A stretch of DNA of 64,000 bases, from the IMG/VR virus record IMGVR_UViG_3300020471_000004, positions 124,001 to 188,000 of that record; one strand, given 5' to 3'. The translations under genes were made by a program, and so were the position numbers. The stretch's first letter is position 1, and every line of letters starts with the position of its first letter. Positions 1 through 9,269 of this stretch are shown one piece after another. The notes beneath the pieces were generated by a model. The model saw nothing but the letters and a program-made list of their open reading frames with translations. It did no database searches and was not told the origin of the DNA.

Positions 1-49
1 CTTTCGAAAAACCTAAACTTGCTCAGGCAGTTTCTAAGAAATAAGTTTT

Positions 50-321
50 ACCCCGCCTAGCTAGGTGGCGCTGTACGCTACTTGCGCCCCAACAATAGCG
101 CCTTACTCTGAACCTAGCTAGGTGGTTTTTTGAGTATATCAAGATACTGCTTACTTCCCAGTATCGGCGGCAACTTACCGCATTATACTGCCTAAAGCTT
201 TGACCCCTTTAGGCAGTATCTTGATATGCTTCTCATATCACCTCGATGATTGTTGTAGTAATGTTCCATGCGCTCACATGGATCTTTAGCCCAGATGCTT
301 ACCCTAGCTCTGGGCTTTTTT
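50..321 (+). ncRNA. Putative structured non-coding RNA or regulatory switch ending in an intrinsic terminator
   Basis: Inverted repeats 136-150/213-227, 185-197/207-219 and 143-149/159-165; direct repeat CCTAGCTAGGTGG at 56 and 113; no ORF in the track. Confidence 0.35.
288..321 (+). terminator. Intrinsic terminator
   Basis: Stem AGCCCAGA (288-295)/TCTGGGCT (309-316) followed by a T-run. Confidence 0.6.
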
Positions 322-576
322 CGTTCTATACACTATTCGGTTCACTAATTTAAAGTATGCTCCTTGCTTGGCTCACGTTAATTTTCCCGTTAATACGTGG
401 GTCCTTTTTATTCAGGAATTAGAATGGAATTAGAAACTAAAATCCTCTACACGCCTCTTGCGTGGCCTGTTTTATACAGGATGTTTTCCCTTCTTTTTAT
501 AAATCAAAAACAAATCAAGAAAAATTCTATATACATAGAAAGCAGATATATTATAGGTAACCAGTTTAAGAAAGGT

Positions 577-963
577 ATGGCATACACAGATGTACCGTTA
601 GTAGACCGAAGTTTTCTTTTGCTTTCTCGCCGTACTGAGGACATTCTTGCATTCTGTAAATCAAACAAGTTACCTCGTACTGCAAGCGTAGTAAAGGCAT
701 ACCTACAGTCTAAACCTAAAGGAACTCCTATTGCAGTACGCGAATACTATTCAAGCGCCAACCTTGCTGCCACTATAGCTGAGGTACTACAAGAAGGTCT
801 TACTCGGCAATATCCTAGCTTTAGTTGGCGTGTCGATATTGATGATCAAAACTCTTGGGTTATGTATGTACGCCGAGATAAAAATATCAAATCAATAAAG
901 CTAACCAGAAACCTCAGGTGGACGGACTATAAGAAATTCTCTAAGGAGTTAGCAAATGGCTGA
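577..963 (+). CDS. Hypothetical protein (start moved from GTG 397 to ATG 577)
   Basis: AAAGG RBS-like sequence before ATG 577; stop overlaps the next gene. Confidence 0.6.
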   Translation: MAYTDVPLVDRSFLLLSRRTEDILAFCKSNKLPRTASVVKAYLQSKPKGTPIAVREYYSSANLAATIAEVLQEGLTRQYPSFSWRVDIDDQNSWVMYVRRDKNIKSIKLTRNLRWTDYKKFSKELANG

Positions 964-1552
964 GTTCGGAAAGAAAGTAAAAGAAATGGACATAACCCTA
1001 GCCACTATATACCGTGCGTTTTATCTGGCTGCTCCTTTTCATACCAATCTAGTCAGAAACCCTATTATCAACCTTTACGAGCAAACAACGTATAGCGGTC
1101 GCACTGTCCGTAACAGCAGAGCGTATCGCCGTCACGGTGGGGAGTCTAACGTAACAGAGCGTTACCTTATGGACTTCGAAAAAGCTTGGTACTCTATCTA
1201 TATCCGTTCTGGTGATATAAGTAAAGTTCTGTATTCGTTTGAAAGAACTAAAGTTGCTGCAAAATCTCTATACGCTATGACAAAGCAAGCAGAGGCTGGT
1301 AAAGGCAAATACGCTTGCATTACTTTCCTAAAGAAAAGCTTTTATAGTACTTTAGGTGCAGTGTGTTGTCAGTTGATAAAGCAGAGACTGCAACTGGACA
1401 TTAAAGTTACAGTAGGGCCAAGTACTATTACGTTTGAAGGCCCTGACAGAAAGTCCTTTCTTATAGAGTATGCCTCACAGACAGGCAAAAATGATCCCTA
1501 CTCTAACCCTTCTAACATGCTTAAAGCAGTGTACAAAGCTTTTACTGAGTAG
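956..1552 (+). CDS. Hypothetical protein
   Basis: 198-aa ORF coupled to the upstream gene; no motif recognised. Confidence 0.7.
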   Translation: MAEFGKKVKEMDITLATIYRAFYLAAPFHTNLVRNPIINLYEQTTYSGRTVRNSRAYRRHGGESNVTERYLMDFEKAWYSIYIRSGDISKVLYSFERTKVAAKSLYAMTKQAEAGKGKYACITFLKKSFYSTLGAVCCQLIKQRLQLDIKVTVGPSTITFEGPDRKSFLIEYASQTGKNDPYSNPSNMLKAVYKAFTE

Positions 1553-1558
1553 ACAGTT

Positions 1559-2314
1559 ATGCTTATATCTTTATCTAAAGAACAAGAAATAAAAAGGCTT
1601 ACGAGGGAAAAGTTCGACAAACTTTCTCGCAGTGACCAAAAGAAATACTTAGAAGCTTTTCCTTCAAGCAGTTTTCGATCTAATATGAAGCTTCCGCCTT
1701 CTATGAAAAAGGTGTCAGATAGTTTAGGTGTCACAGGCGAGAACTTAAAGATATTCTATCTTGAACCTGCTGTACGCGATTTGACACATGCTTTAGGTAA
1801 AGGGTTTAAAAACCTATACGATACCATTGATAAAGTTATAAAGTTGCCTAATAAAGCTATGCGTAAAGGCTTTGAAAAGCTGCACAAGACCAAAGCTTTT
1901 CAAGCACTGCACAAAGGTACAATCAAAGTAGACGAATTCTTAGAGAAGAATCCTGTACTTAAAAAGATGGGTGGCCCTGTGGTTGCAGGCGCTTTAGCTT
2001 ATCAGTGGCTTAATATGAGCTTCAGCGGAGACTTCGATGACGATTTCAATGTAGATACCTTAGTCGAAGCACTTCAAGGCAATTACTCTATAGAAGAACT
2101 TTTAGGTTCACCTGATGGTCTAAAAGCATGTACCCAGTTGGTTGCAGGTATGGCAACAGGCGGTCTTCTCTCTTTTCCCTGGCATTCTAAAATGAACATA
2201 GCCTTTGCTCTTGCCTATACAGGAGCTCGTAGACTAGGTAATACTGAAATTGCCAATCAAATGCATTCTCGTTTCAAAAAAGGTTTAAATAATGAAAGCC
2301 CAGATTTCACTTAG
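1559..2314 (+). CDS. Hypothetical protein with hydrophobic C-terminal helices
   Basis: 251-aa ORF; Gly/Ala-rich hydrophobic segments (VVAGALAYQWL, VAGMATGGLLSF). Confidence 0.7.
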   Translation: MLISLSKEQEIKRLTREKFDKLSRSDQKKYLEAFPSSSFRSNMKLPPSMKKVSDSLGVTGENLKIFYLEPAVRDLTHALGKGFKNLYDTIDKVIKLPNKAMRKGFEKLHKTKAFQALHKGTIKVDEFLEKNPVLKKMGGPVVAGALAYQWLNMSFSGDFDDDFNVDTLVEALQGNYSIEELLGSPDGLKACTQLVAGMATGGLLSFPWHSKMNIAFALAYTGARRLGNTEIANQMHSRFKKGLNNESPDFT

Positions 2315-2759
2315 TAGTAAAGTTATGAAAGTTCGAATGAGTCCCCGAAAGCAGTCTGGCGTTATTGCTTTCAAAGTAACCAACAAAATGAACGTCAAGT
2401 TCCTGCTAATTAGAAAAACTGGCAGCAACAAGTGGGGCTTCCCTAAAGGTAAGGTAGAATCTCACCTTACTAAAAAGCAAAGTGCGTTGGTCGAGGCACA
2501 TGAAGAAGGCGGAGTTTCAGGTAAGATAATAAAGTCTATAGGTCGGTACCGCTATATTAAGAATAAAACCAAACGGGTACAATTAGTGGACTTATTCTTA
2601 ATGGAGGTTACCAAAACACACAAAGAATATTTAGAGATTGCTCGCGAACGCAGATGGTTTACTTACAAGGATGCGTTAAAAGTATTACCTAAAGAGCAGA
2701 TGCCTTTTCTAGTTTTAGCAGGTCACTATATTGAGCAAGAAGAAGGCTTAATGGTATAA
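2292..2759 (+). CDS. Nudix hydrolase
   Basis: Nudix box WGFPKGKVESHLTKKQSALVEAHEEGGV; RERRWF motif typical of Ap4A/DIPP-type Nudix enzymes. Confidence 0.85.
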   Translation: MKAQISLSSKVMKVRMSPRKQSGVIAFKVTNKMNVKFLLIRKTGSNKWGFPKGKVESHLTKKQSALVEAHEEGGVSGKIIKSIGRYRYIKNKTKRVQLVDLFLMEVTKTHKEYLEIARERRWFTYKDALKVLPKEQMPFLVLAGHYIEQEEGLMV

Positions 2760-2815
2760 CTTTACTATGCTGGTACAATACAGCAGTAGTATGCCTATGC
2801 TTATATTGCTATAAT
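2757..2815 (+). promoter_or_regulatory. Class-I phage promoter (TAACTTTAYTAA-N3-GGTACAAAA ... TGnTATAAT), variant GGTACAATA
   Basis: GGTACAATA 2772-2780, 29-nt spacer, TGC-TATAAT with TATAAT at 2810-2815. Confidence 0.7.
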
Positions 2816-2851
2816 GCGCTTATTGTCATTACTTGAACAGGATACCTATTT

Positions 2852-4021
2852 ATGACGAAGCGCAAACAGAAACAACTTAAACGCCAAAACCGTAAAGCAA
2901 AACAAGCTAAACAAAATAAGGCTAAACCTAGCTTTACTCCTAAGCTTATTATTACCGAAGGTTCTGAAAACATGGCCTGTATATTAGGTGTATTGCAGGC
3001 AGCAGATTTGAAAGAAGAGGTGCGTTTTTTACTAGACCGCGTGTCTAGTTTGTCAGGCCACAAGCCTACAGGTGCATATTCTGATACGCAAGTTTCAGAG
3101 ATAGTTAACTCTAACCCTACTCAATATTCTAATGTTTTTAAGAGCAGTAGAGAAAAAGTTACAGATTGTGTTAAAAGATTGCGTAACTCTTTCTATAACC
3201 TTTTAGACGGTCAAGCAGTCGGATCTTTAACGTTGACTGACCAAAGTGAGCATACCGAAGTAGATAATATGCTCAGTCTATCTATTGCTATGCTTGAGAC
3301 TCTTGAAGACAAAAAAGTTAGACACTTTGTATCAACTTCTGACAAAAGGTTGATTGAGCCTTTTGAGGACGCTTTTGCAGTAGATGTAAAAGAAAGTAAA
3401 TTTGCATGTAAGCCGTTTATATTCGAGTTCTGTACCAGTACAGCTCAGAATAAATTTGTGTTAGTTTCTTTTTACTTCCAAGAGGCTATGCATTTTGCGA
3501 TATTTAATTACCGCAATGAGGTAGATGATTACCAGATAATTTCTATCCACAAACATGTAATAGAAGAAGGCGAAGAAGGTCTAGAGGCCGTTCAAGACCT
3601 TGCTGGAAATGCCGCTTTAGCTTTTTATTCTATACACGAGGAGATGCTTTATGAGACTCGTATGTATTCTTCTAGTAACATGAGTGCTACAAGTGTTTAT
3701 TCATGTGTAGGTTCTTATTTTCTTTTTAGAGCTTTAGGTAGGGTAAATGAACTGACTATCAAACAGGCGTCACCTAGGAGTTCACAAGCCCCTAAGCCTG
3801 TAACAACTGATGCACCTATTGAAGTATGCCCTTACACTAAGCTTGATGATTTTACTACCCAAATCGTTTCGCGTAAAGGTATTGGTCTAGGTGCGACACA
3901 TGCAAGCCCTGTTGAGCATGTCCGTAGAGCACATGAGCGCAAGTACCGTGACTCTAGCGGTAACGTTGTTAAAATAGTGGAAATCGCACAATCAACTATA
4001 AATAAAGGTCATGTAAAATAA
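2852..4021 (+). CDS. Hypothetical protein; basic N-terminus and C-terminal HxRRxH motif
   Basis: 389 aa; MTKRKQKQLKRQNRK start; SPVEHVRRAHERKY near the C-terminus. Confidence 0.8.
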   Translation: MTKRKQKQLKRQNRKAKQAKQNKAKPSFTPKLIITEGSENMACILGVLQAADLKEEVRFLLDRVSSLSGHKPTGAYSDTQVSEIVNSNPTQYSNVFKSSREKVTDCVKRLRNSFYNLLDGQAVGSLTLTDQSEHTEVDNMLSLSIAMLETLEDKKVRHFVSTSDKRLIEPFEDAFAVDVKESKFACKPFIFEFCTSTAQNKFVLVSFYFQEAMHFAIFNYRNEVDDYQIISIHKHVIEEGEEGLEAVQDLAGNAALAFYSIHEEMLYETRMYSSSNMSATSVYSCVGSYFLFRALGRVNELTIKQASPRSSQAPKPVTTDAPIEVCPYTKLDDFTTQIVSRKGIGLGATHASPVEHVRRAHERKYRDSSGNVVKIVEIAQSTINKGHVK

Positions 4022-4072
4022 GCTATAGACTGCCTACATTAAACAAGTTGCTTCTCTTAATAAGGAAATAGT

Positions 4073-4495
4073 ATGCAAACACTTTTAAATTTCTTAGAAG
4101 AAAGTAGAACCAATCTCAGGCTTTCTATAGTTCACTATTCTGACTACCCTACATTTAAAATGGACACAAAGCTTAGTTTGAAGTTGGTGTCTGTAGATTA
4201 CCCTGATAAAGTTGTGTTGGTGATAAAAGAACCTTTGATGCGGACAGACCTAGATCCTGATATTTGCTATGAACTAGCACAAGGTTCCGGCACGACCGTA
4301 GCTGAGGCAATCGGTAATTTTTTACGCAAGGTAACCAAAGAAACGGTCGTGGTAGTCGATACAACTGACTCTGCTAGTGACTTTAAAAGCTTCCCTATAC
4401 TTGCTGAATATAAAGCCCCTTCATTTAATCTAGATATTGCTGTAGAGCTTGTACACCAGTACAGAAACTCCCTGTGTGACATTCTAGGCATCTAG
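4073..4495 (+). CDS. Hypothetical protein
   Basis: 140-aa ORF preceded by AAGGA. Confidence 0.7.
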   Translation: MQTLLNFLEESRTNLRLSIVHYSDYPTFKMDTKLSLKLVSVDYPDKVVLVIKEPLMRTDLDPDICYELAQGSGTTVAEAIGNFLRKVTKETVVVVDTTDSASDFKSFPILAEYKAPSFNLDIAVELVHQYRNSLCDILGI

Positions 4496-4502
4496 ACTCC
4501 TA

Positions 4503-4526
4503 AAGAGGACGCAATTGCGTCCTCTT
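4503..4526. terminator. Perfect 24-bp palindrome (terminator or protein-binding site)
   Basis: AAGAGGACGCAATTGCGTCCTCTT directly after the stop at 4495. Confidence 0.55.
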
Positions 4527-4537
4527 CCTATATCTCC

Positions 4538-4622
4538 TATCTTAATTAACTTGGTACAAAACACCAGTATACTAGACCCCTCCCCTTTGCTATAATTGGT
4601 TCATGTTGTGAAGAAGCACAGC
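4538..4622 (+). promoter_or_regulatory. Class-I promoter with leader hairpin
   Basis: GGTACAAAA 4553-4561, 29 nt, TGC-TATAAT 4591-4596, leader ATGTTGTGAAGAAGCACAGC 4603-4622. Confidence 0.8.
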
Positions 4623-4688
4623 GCGCCTTAGCTTGCTAGCTAGGTGAGCCTGCTTTAAACGGCATTCGCTGATTTACGCTTGTTTGCT

Positions 4689-4773
4689 TAACTTTATTAA
4701 GCTGGTACAAAACAACCGTATTCGTAAAACTTACTTTTTGCTATAATAGGTACATGTTGTGAAGAAGCACAGC
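4689..4773 (+). promoter_or_regulatory. Class-I promoter with leader hairpin
   Basis: TAACTTTATTAAG 4689, GGTACAAAA 4704-4712, 29 nt, TATAAT 4742-4747, identical leader 4754-4773. Confidence 0.85.
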
Positions 4774-4811
4774 ACACCTAATTTTTAAACGTCATTATTT
4801 GGAGACTACTT

Positions 4812-5591
4812 ATGACTACTTTCGCTACCGCTAAGAAAATCACCACTGCACAAGTTAACGCTGTTGAAAAATTTGCCGCAAAAGCAATTGACGCAACTAC
4901 CAAAACACAAGAACGTAAGGTTCAACTTGGTAAGCGCATTAGCGTTGAAGGTAAGCGTTACACAATTGAAGGCCTTCGCCGCACTGGTAAGAATCCTGTT
5001 TTCTTTTTGCAAGCTACCACAAAAGATAAAACAATCATCGAGGTGCCGGTGTCAACTATCGCCGAGTTGGTTACTGCCAAGAAAGCAAATAAGAAAACCA
5101 AGCCTGCTTCTACTAAAAAGCCAGGTGTTAAGAAAACTGGTAGCAGACGTAAAGTGCCTCTTACTTTAGAAATGCAGGTTGAAGAACTAACTGCTCGCGT
5201 TCATTCGCTAGAGAAGTTCATTGTTGAAATGCGCTCTGATTTGTTAAAAGAAGCCGCTAAAGAGTTCGGTAAAGTAGTTGGTGAAAGCACAGCCAAACAA
5301 AAGAAGACCAAGACTAAAACAAAGGAAAAGCCTGCTAGCTCGTTAGTTTCATTCGATCATTTTGTTCTAGTTACCGAGAAGGATCCTAGAGAACGCCCTT
5401 TCAGAAAGCTGTCTGGAGCAACTGCTTTCCATAAAGCTAAGAAAGAGAGTGCCACTGTTTACGGTGTCACCGAGTCAGGTAAGAAAACTAAACTTAAGGT
5501 CTTTGCTACTAAAGATCCTGTTTCTAAGAAAGAAACACGTAGCCGCAAATGGCACTGGGCAACAAAGCGTACTGCTACTAAGTTCGCTTAA
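4812..5591 (+). CDS. Lys-rich hypothetical protein (possible nucleic-acid binder)
   Basis: 259 aa; GGAG RBS; K/T-rich tracts (KKANKKTKPASTKKPGVKK, KQKKTKTKTKEK). Confidence 0.8.
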   Translation: MTTFATAKKITTAQVNAVEKFAAKAIDATTKTQERKVQLGKRISVEGKRYTIEGLRRTGKNPVFFLQATTKDKTIIEVPVSTIAELVTAKKANKKTKPASTKKPGVKKTGSRRKVPLTLEMQVEELTARVHSLEKFIVEMRSDLLKEAAKEFGKVVGESTAKQKKTKTKTKEKPASSLVSFDHFVLVTEKDPRERPFRKLSGATAFHKAKKESATVYGVTESGKKTKLKVFATKDPVSKKETRSRKWHWATKRTATKFA

Positions 5592-5615
5592 TTGAAAAAG
5601 CTTATTCGTAGTAAG

Positions 5616-5645
5616 GAGACTGCACCGAGGTGCAGTCTTGTTTAT
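5616..5645 (+). terminator. Intrinsic terminator
   Basis: AGACTGCAC-CGAG-GTGCAGTCT followed by TGTTTAT. Confidence 0.65.
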
Positions 5646-5669
5646 CTTAAATAATTAACCGAGGTTTTT

Positions 5670-5864
5670 ATGGAAAAGTTTACACCACCTTTCGCAGAAA
5701 TGTTTCAGCGTGATATGAAACTACATGCCGAGAAATTGCTAAAGGAATACGGCACTAATTCTGTCGGTGTTCAATGTTGCACAAAGGTATCTGAAACAAA
5801 AGGTATGCTAGAAGTCTATTACTTTATAAAAGACGAAGACAATACCGAAGACGGTACTGAATAG
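5670..5864 (+). CDS. Small hypothetical protein
   Basis: 64 aa; GAGG RBS. Confidence 0.65.
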   Translation: MEKFTPPFAEMFQRDMKLHAEKLLKEYGTNSVGVQCCTKVSETKGMLEVYYFIKDEDNTEDGTE

Positions 5865-5865
5865 C

Positions 5866-5950
5866 TATCTTTAATACGTTGGTACAAAACAGTGGTGCTT
5901 GCCACCGCTGCTTTTTGTTATAATAGCTACATGTTGTGAAGAAGCACAGC
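5866..5950 (+). promoter_or_regulatory. Class-I promoter with leader hairpin
   Basis: GGTACAAAA 5881-5889, 29 nt, TGT-TATAAT 5919-5924, leader 5931-5950. Confidence 0.85.
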
Positions 5951-5982
5951 ACAATTTTTGACATTATTTGAGGAACCTATTT

Positions 5983-6651
5983 ATGTCACGTATTAACAAA
6001 AAACTTGCTCAGCACATTGTTCACCTTCAAAACGAAAGCGTACCACACTTGGTAGACCTTATTCTACGCAAGCAGGCGAAATCGCCTAGCCTGCCTAAGC
6101 ACTTTGATAAGAGTGTTGATTACTACAAAGGTTGCCTAGATTCTCTTTACACCCAGATTGAATCTTTGTTGTTTATGCATAACGTGTATTACGGTTACAG
6201 AGAGTCAGTAGTGAGAGGCGTTTCTATTCGCCGCTATGTTTTCCCTGATGAATGTACCAACGTGGTGTCTGTCTCAGAGCTTAAAAGAAAGTGTACTGAG
6301 AAGTACATTAGCTCTAGCCTAATCGAAGCAGAGAGAAGTGCTAAAGAGTATCAGCCTGAGCATAACCTAGATTACACTATCTATCAAGCTGAGGAAGCTA
6401 TACCAACGACTTGTCGTCCGTATATCCGACTTAAAACAAAAAGCGGTAGCTATGCTTACCTGATGACCAAAACTAAGACAGTTACTAAAGCACTCCTTGA
6501 AGGTGCTGAGCTTAACTTTGTTGCATATACTCCTGACGGTGTTGCGGTATATGATTTACAAAACCAACACGCTTTTCATAACGTTATTACTGCAGGTGAC
6601 GAGTTTGAAAATTACTTTATTCTTCACCGCCCTGATGAAGTACCAGCATAA
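5983..6651 (+). CDS. Hypothetical protein
   Basis: GAGGA RBS before ATG 5983 (the track starts at TTG 5968). Confidence 0.7.
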   Translation: MSRINKKLAQHIVHLQNESVPHLVDLILRKQAKSPSLPKHFDKSVDYYKGCLDSLYTQIESLLFMHNVYYGYRESVVRGVSIRRYVFPDECTNVVSVSELKRKCTEKYISSSLIEAERSAKEYQPEHNLDYTIYQAEEAIPTTCRPYIRLKTKSGSYAYLMTKTKTVTKALLEGAELNFVAYTPDGVAVYDLQNQHAFHNVITAGDEFENYFILHRPDEVPA

Positions 6652-6661
6652 GGAAAAAAAA

Positions 6662-7090
6662 ATGAAAGCTGTATCTGCATTACGCGCATTAAGAAAGGCG
6701 CAAAAATCTTTGGCTTCAACTGAAGAGCGAATTAAAGAACTACAGGCAGAGCTAGACTCTGCCTATGAAGACAAACAGACGTTTTCAGACGCTACACATA
6801 CTCTAACTAAGTTGCTAGTAGAAGCTAGAGCCAAAGAAGACCCAGAAGGTTTCTATTTGTTCATTAAGGGTATGTGTACTAATAGTTGTCGCCGTATGCC
6901 TTATTCTAAAGAAGTAAAGTCTCTAGATAGGGCCTTAAAGCAAGGTGTACCAGAAGACTGTTACGAGGCCCGTCTAGTTGTTGTATTCAACAAGAAGGGC
7001 AAACGTGATAAAGTTATTGCTAAACAAAACATCAATCAGTGGGATATAACCCCTGCAGGTAAAAAGACAATTAAGGAACTGTCGCTATGA
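6662..7090 (+). CDS. Hypothetical protein with N-terminal coiled coil
   Basis: AAGGA RBS before ATG 6662; heptad-like ALRKAQKSLASTEERIKELQAEL. Confidence 0.7.
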   Translation: MKAVSALRALRKAQKSLASTEERIKELQAELDSAYEDKQTFSDATHTLTKLLVEARAKEDPEGFYLFIKGMCTNSCRRMPYSKEVKSLDRALKQGVPEDCYEARLVVVFNKKGKRDKVIAKQNINQWDITPAGKKTIKELSL

Positions 7091-7689
7091 TAAATATTAA
7101 GAATGTAAATGTAGAAGCTGTTTTCCACGAAAAGTACGGAAACTCGCCTGAGATTAAAATAGAGGTTAAGGAAGAAGGTAAAGCAAACCCTTTTATGTGC
7201 TTTGAGCATGGAGGTAAAGACTTTCTCCTTTCACTAACTAACGGTGTCGGTAAATACGGTATCTACGGTAACTCGAAAGAAAGAGAACTTTTTCAAAGAA
7301 GAGGTACCTACACGGTGCTTGTCTTAGATAAAGACGAAAAGACTGTGGTAGAACGCAAGTATCGAACTTGGTCAAGTTCTCGCCCTTCTATTATGAACGA
7401 GGTATTCGCTCTTGAAGGAGATAATTACCTAACAGACTGCGAGGTACGACTTGAATGTAACAGGTCACCTGTAGGTAACGCCACAGTAGGTTTACTTAAA
7501 CAGTTGAAAGACCAAGTAGAAGGCTTTTTTATTCTTGCTTGCTTAGACCTAGAGGATTTTGACGATTACGGAGAAAAAGTAATTCGTTACTTCCCTAGTT
7601 TACAGGCAGACCGCTTTGACTTCGGTCCTGAATGTGAATGGAAAGCAAAGCGGTTCAGCAAAGATTACCAAATCTTGGAAACACTGTAA
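7087..7689 (+). CDS. Hypothetical protein
   Basis: 200 aa; ATGA overlap with the upstream stop. Confidence 0.7.
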   Translation: MINIKNVNVEAVFHEKYGNSPEIKIEVKEEGKANPFMCFEHGGKDFLLSLTNGVGKYGIYGNSKERELFQRRGTYTVLVLDKDEKTVVERKYRTWSSSRPSIMNEVFALEGDNYLTDCEVRLECNRSPVGNATVGLLKQLKDQVEGFFILACLDLEDFDDYGEKVIRYFPSLQADRFDFGPECEWKAKRFSKDYQILETL

Positions 7690-7700
7690 ACACAATAAAT

Positions 7701-7720
7701 AGCGGGGCATTGCCCCCGCT
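7701..7720 (+). terminator. GC-rich hairpin
   Basis: AGCGGGG-CATTGC-CCCCGCT in the intergenic gap; weak U-tract. Confidence 0.45.
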
Positions 7721-7738
7721 GTATACGTAGAGAAAATT

Positions 7739-7900
7739 ATGCTTACTCTGGACGATTTTATTAGCGACTACCAGCACTTGGTTGTCCGTAATATGAATAA
7801 AGATGGTCAGCTTCTTAAAAACCAAGCTTTAGCTCACGTAGAGAAATACTACACTCACTGTAAAGCAGAGTGTTTAGATTTTCTAAACAGAAAAAGTTAA
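7739..7900 (+). CDS. Small hypothetical protein, 53 aa (not in ORF track)
   Basis: ATG 7739 to TAA 7900, MLTLDDFISDYQHLVVRN..., fills the gap; GAGA upstream. Confidence 0.5.
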   Translation: MLTLDDFISDYQHLVVRNMNKDGQLLKNQALAHVEKYYTHCKAECLDFLNRKS

Positions 7901-7933
7901 CCCCTCGGCATTATTTATCAAAGGAGATTACTT

Positions 7934-8296
7934 ATGCCACGCGCAATCGAAGTAGAACACAAACGTTGGACCCAGACTTCTGTATTGATCGATACAGGTG
8001 AGTACAGTTACATATACGGTTACTACCAAGGTAACGCCGTTAAAACTATAGGTATGCGGTGGAACGGTAAAGGTCAAGACGCAGGTTACCCTAAGCTATT
8101 TAAGCGACCTGTATGGTTTAATATTCCACAAGAGCTTACTTTGCCTACTTTACTTATGCTTAGTTCTCACCTAGCTTTAACTTATGCAGGTCCTGTTCTT
8201 TCAAAGAACGGCACGATGACAAAAGCAGAGTTTGACGAGTACACCATCAACATCAAATCAGCTATCGCTAACTGTAGAGAAGGAAACCTACTATGA
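7934..8296 (+). CDS. Hypothetical protein
   Basis: 120 aa; AAGGAG RBS; aromatic motif IGMRWNG...GYP...VWF. Confidence 0.75.
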   Translation: MPRAIEVEHKRWTQTSVLIDTGEYSYIYGYYQGNAVKTIGMRWNGKGQDAGYPKLFKRPVWFNIPQELTLPTLLMLSSHLALTYAGPVLSKNGTMTKAEFDEYTINIKSAIANCREGNLL

Positions 8297-9060
8297 AAAC
8301 TTGTAACTTCCATATAGCGTGGGTCGGAAAGTGTAAGGCAAAAGTAGTTGAAGGTACTGACTATTGCGAAGACCATACTGTTGGTTGTGAAGTATGTGGT
8401 GCGCAGGCTACTGACTCTTGTGACCATACAGGTTCACTGGTTTGCGGAGCACCTTTGTGTGGTTCAGTTCTTTGTAAGTACAAGCACAGGTTCACCAAGC
8501 ACTGTAGTTCAGGTAGCTTTAACTTAGCAACTTTGCCTTACCTTATTTTTGATTTTTGCCAAGGTACTGCTCAGACTAGCGTTAGTTCTATGAAGCAGGT
8601 AACGAGTGCTATGCGTACAACACTCCGAAATGAACAAAAGTTTTATAACCAATACATGCCTGAAAAGGCAAAAGAAAGAGCTTTTTCTTACACTCGATGG
8701 GCTGCAACTATTGACCTGCTAGAGACTTTGTTGGACAAGTGCATAGACTTTCAACTTAATACAGGTTTTGCGTTTGCCGACGAGATAGATAACATGACGG
8801 TGAAAATATATCGGGTCTGTATTACTGATCCTGCTCGAAATAAAGCACACGTTTTCTTTATACGACCTTGGTTAGAAAGCAGCGCATTCACTTTCTTAAA
8901 GGGTTTACCTTCTGTAACACACTTGGAAATAGATGCAGATGAACAGGCATGCATTAAGTTTTTCAAAGAGGGTATGTTTGTCCAAAACGCTTTCCCTACA
9001 CTAGCGCCTGAGGTTCGGGAGTATTTAATCACAGGTCTTTTGCCAGAGGAGCAAGCGTGA
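8293..9060 (+). CDS. Hypothetical protein with Cys/His-rich N-terminal (Zn-binding) domain
   Basis: CNFH..C..YCEDH..CEVC..CDH..CGAPLC..LC..HRF..HC in the first 75 aa. Confidence 0.75.
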   Translation: MKTCNFHIAWVGKCKAKVVEGTDYCEDHTVGCEVCGAQATDSCDHTGSLVCGAPLCGSVLCKYKHRFTKHCSSGSFNLATLPYLIFDFCQGTAQTSVSSMKQVTSAMRTTLRNEQKFYNQYMPEKAKERAFSYTRWAATIDLLETLLDKCIDFQLNTGFAFADEIDNMTVKIYRVCITDPARNKAHVFFIRPWLESSAFTFLKGLPSVTHLEIDADEQACIKFFKEGMFVQNAFPTLAPEVREYLITGLLPEEQA

Positions 9061-9269
9061 TGCCTATGCTAGTTAAATTTTCAGTAGCGATAGTTATGCT
9101 GGTTTCTTTTGGTCTACTCCCTTTATTGTGGACATTGCTAATAGACCTTGGCGTTAACCAAGCTATTTGCTTTATGTTGGTATCTGCACTTCCTTTTATT
9201 ATTGCAAAGATAGCAGAGAACGTTCTACTAAAACTAGGCTACCTTTCTAAGCGTAACCCTATTAAGTAA
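9057..9269 (+). CDS. Small two-TM membrane protein
   Basis: 70 aa; two hydrophobic segments; GTGA overlap. Confidence 0.65.
   Translation: MMPMLVKFSVAIVMLVSFGLLPLLWTLLIDLGVNQAICFMLVSALPFIIAKIAENVLLKLGYLSKRNPIK

Noticed and set aside
50-321. Retron msr-msd interpretation of the long inverted repeats
   Set aside because: No reverse transcriptase in the window and no clear branching-G arrangement; kept only as a generic structured element
397-576. N-terminal 60 codons of the track ORF 397-963
   Set aside because: AT-rich, weak GTG start; ATG 577 has a better RBS. Similar start corrections were applied to other ORFs overlapping promoters
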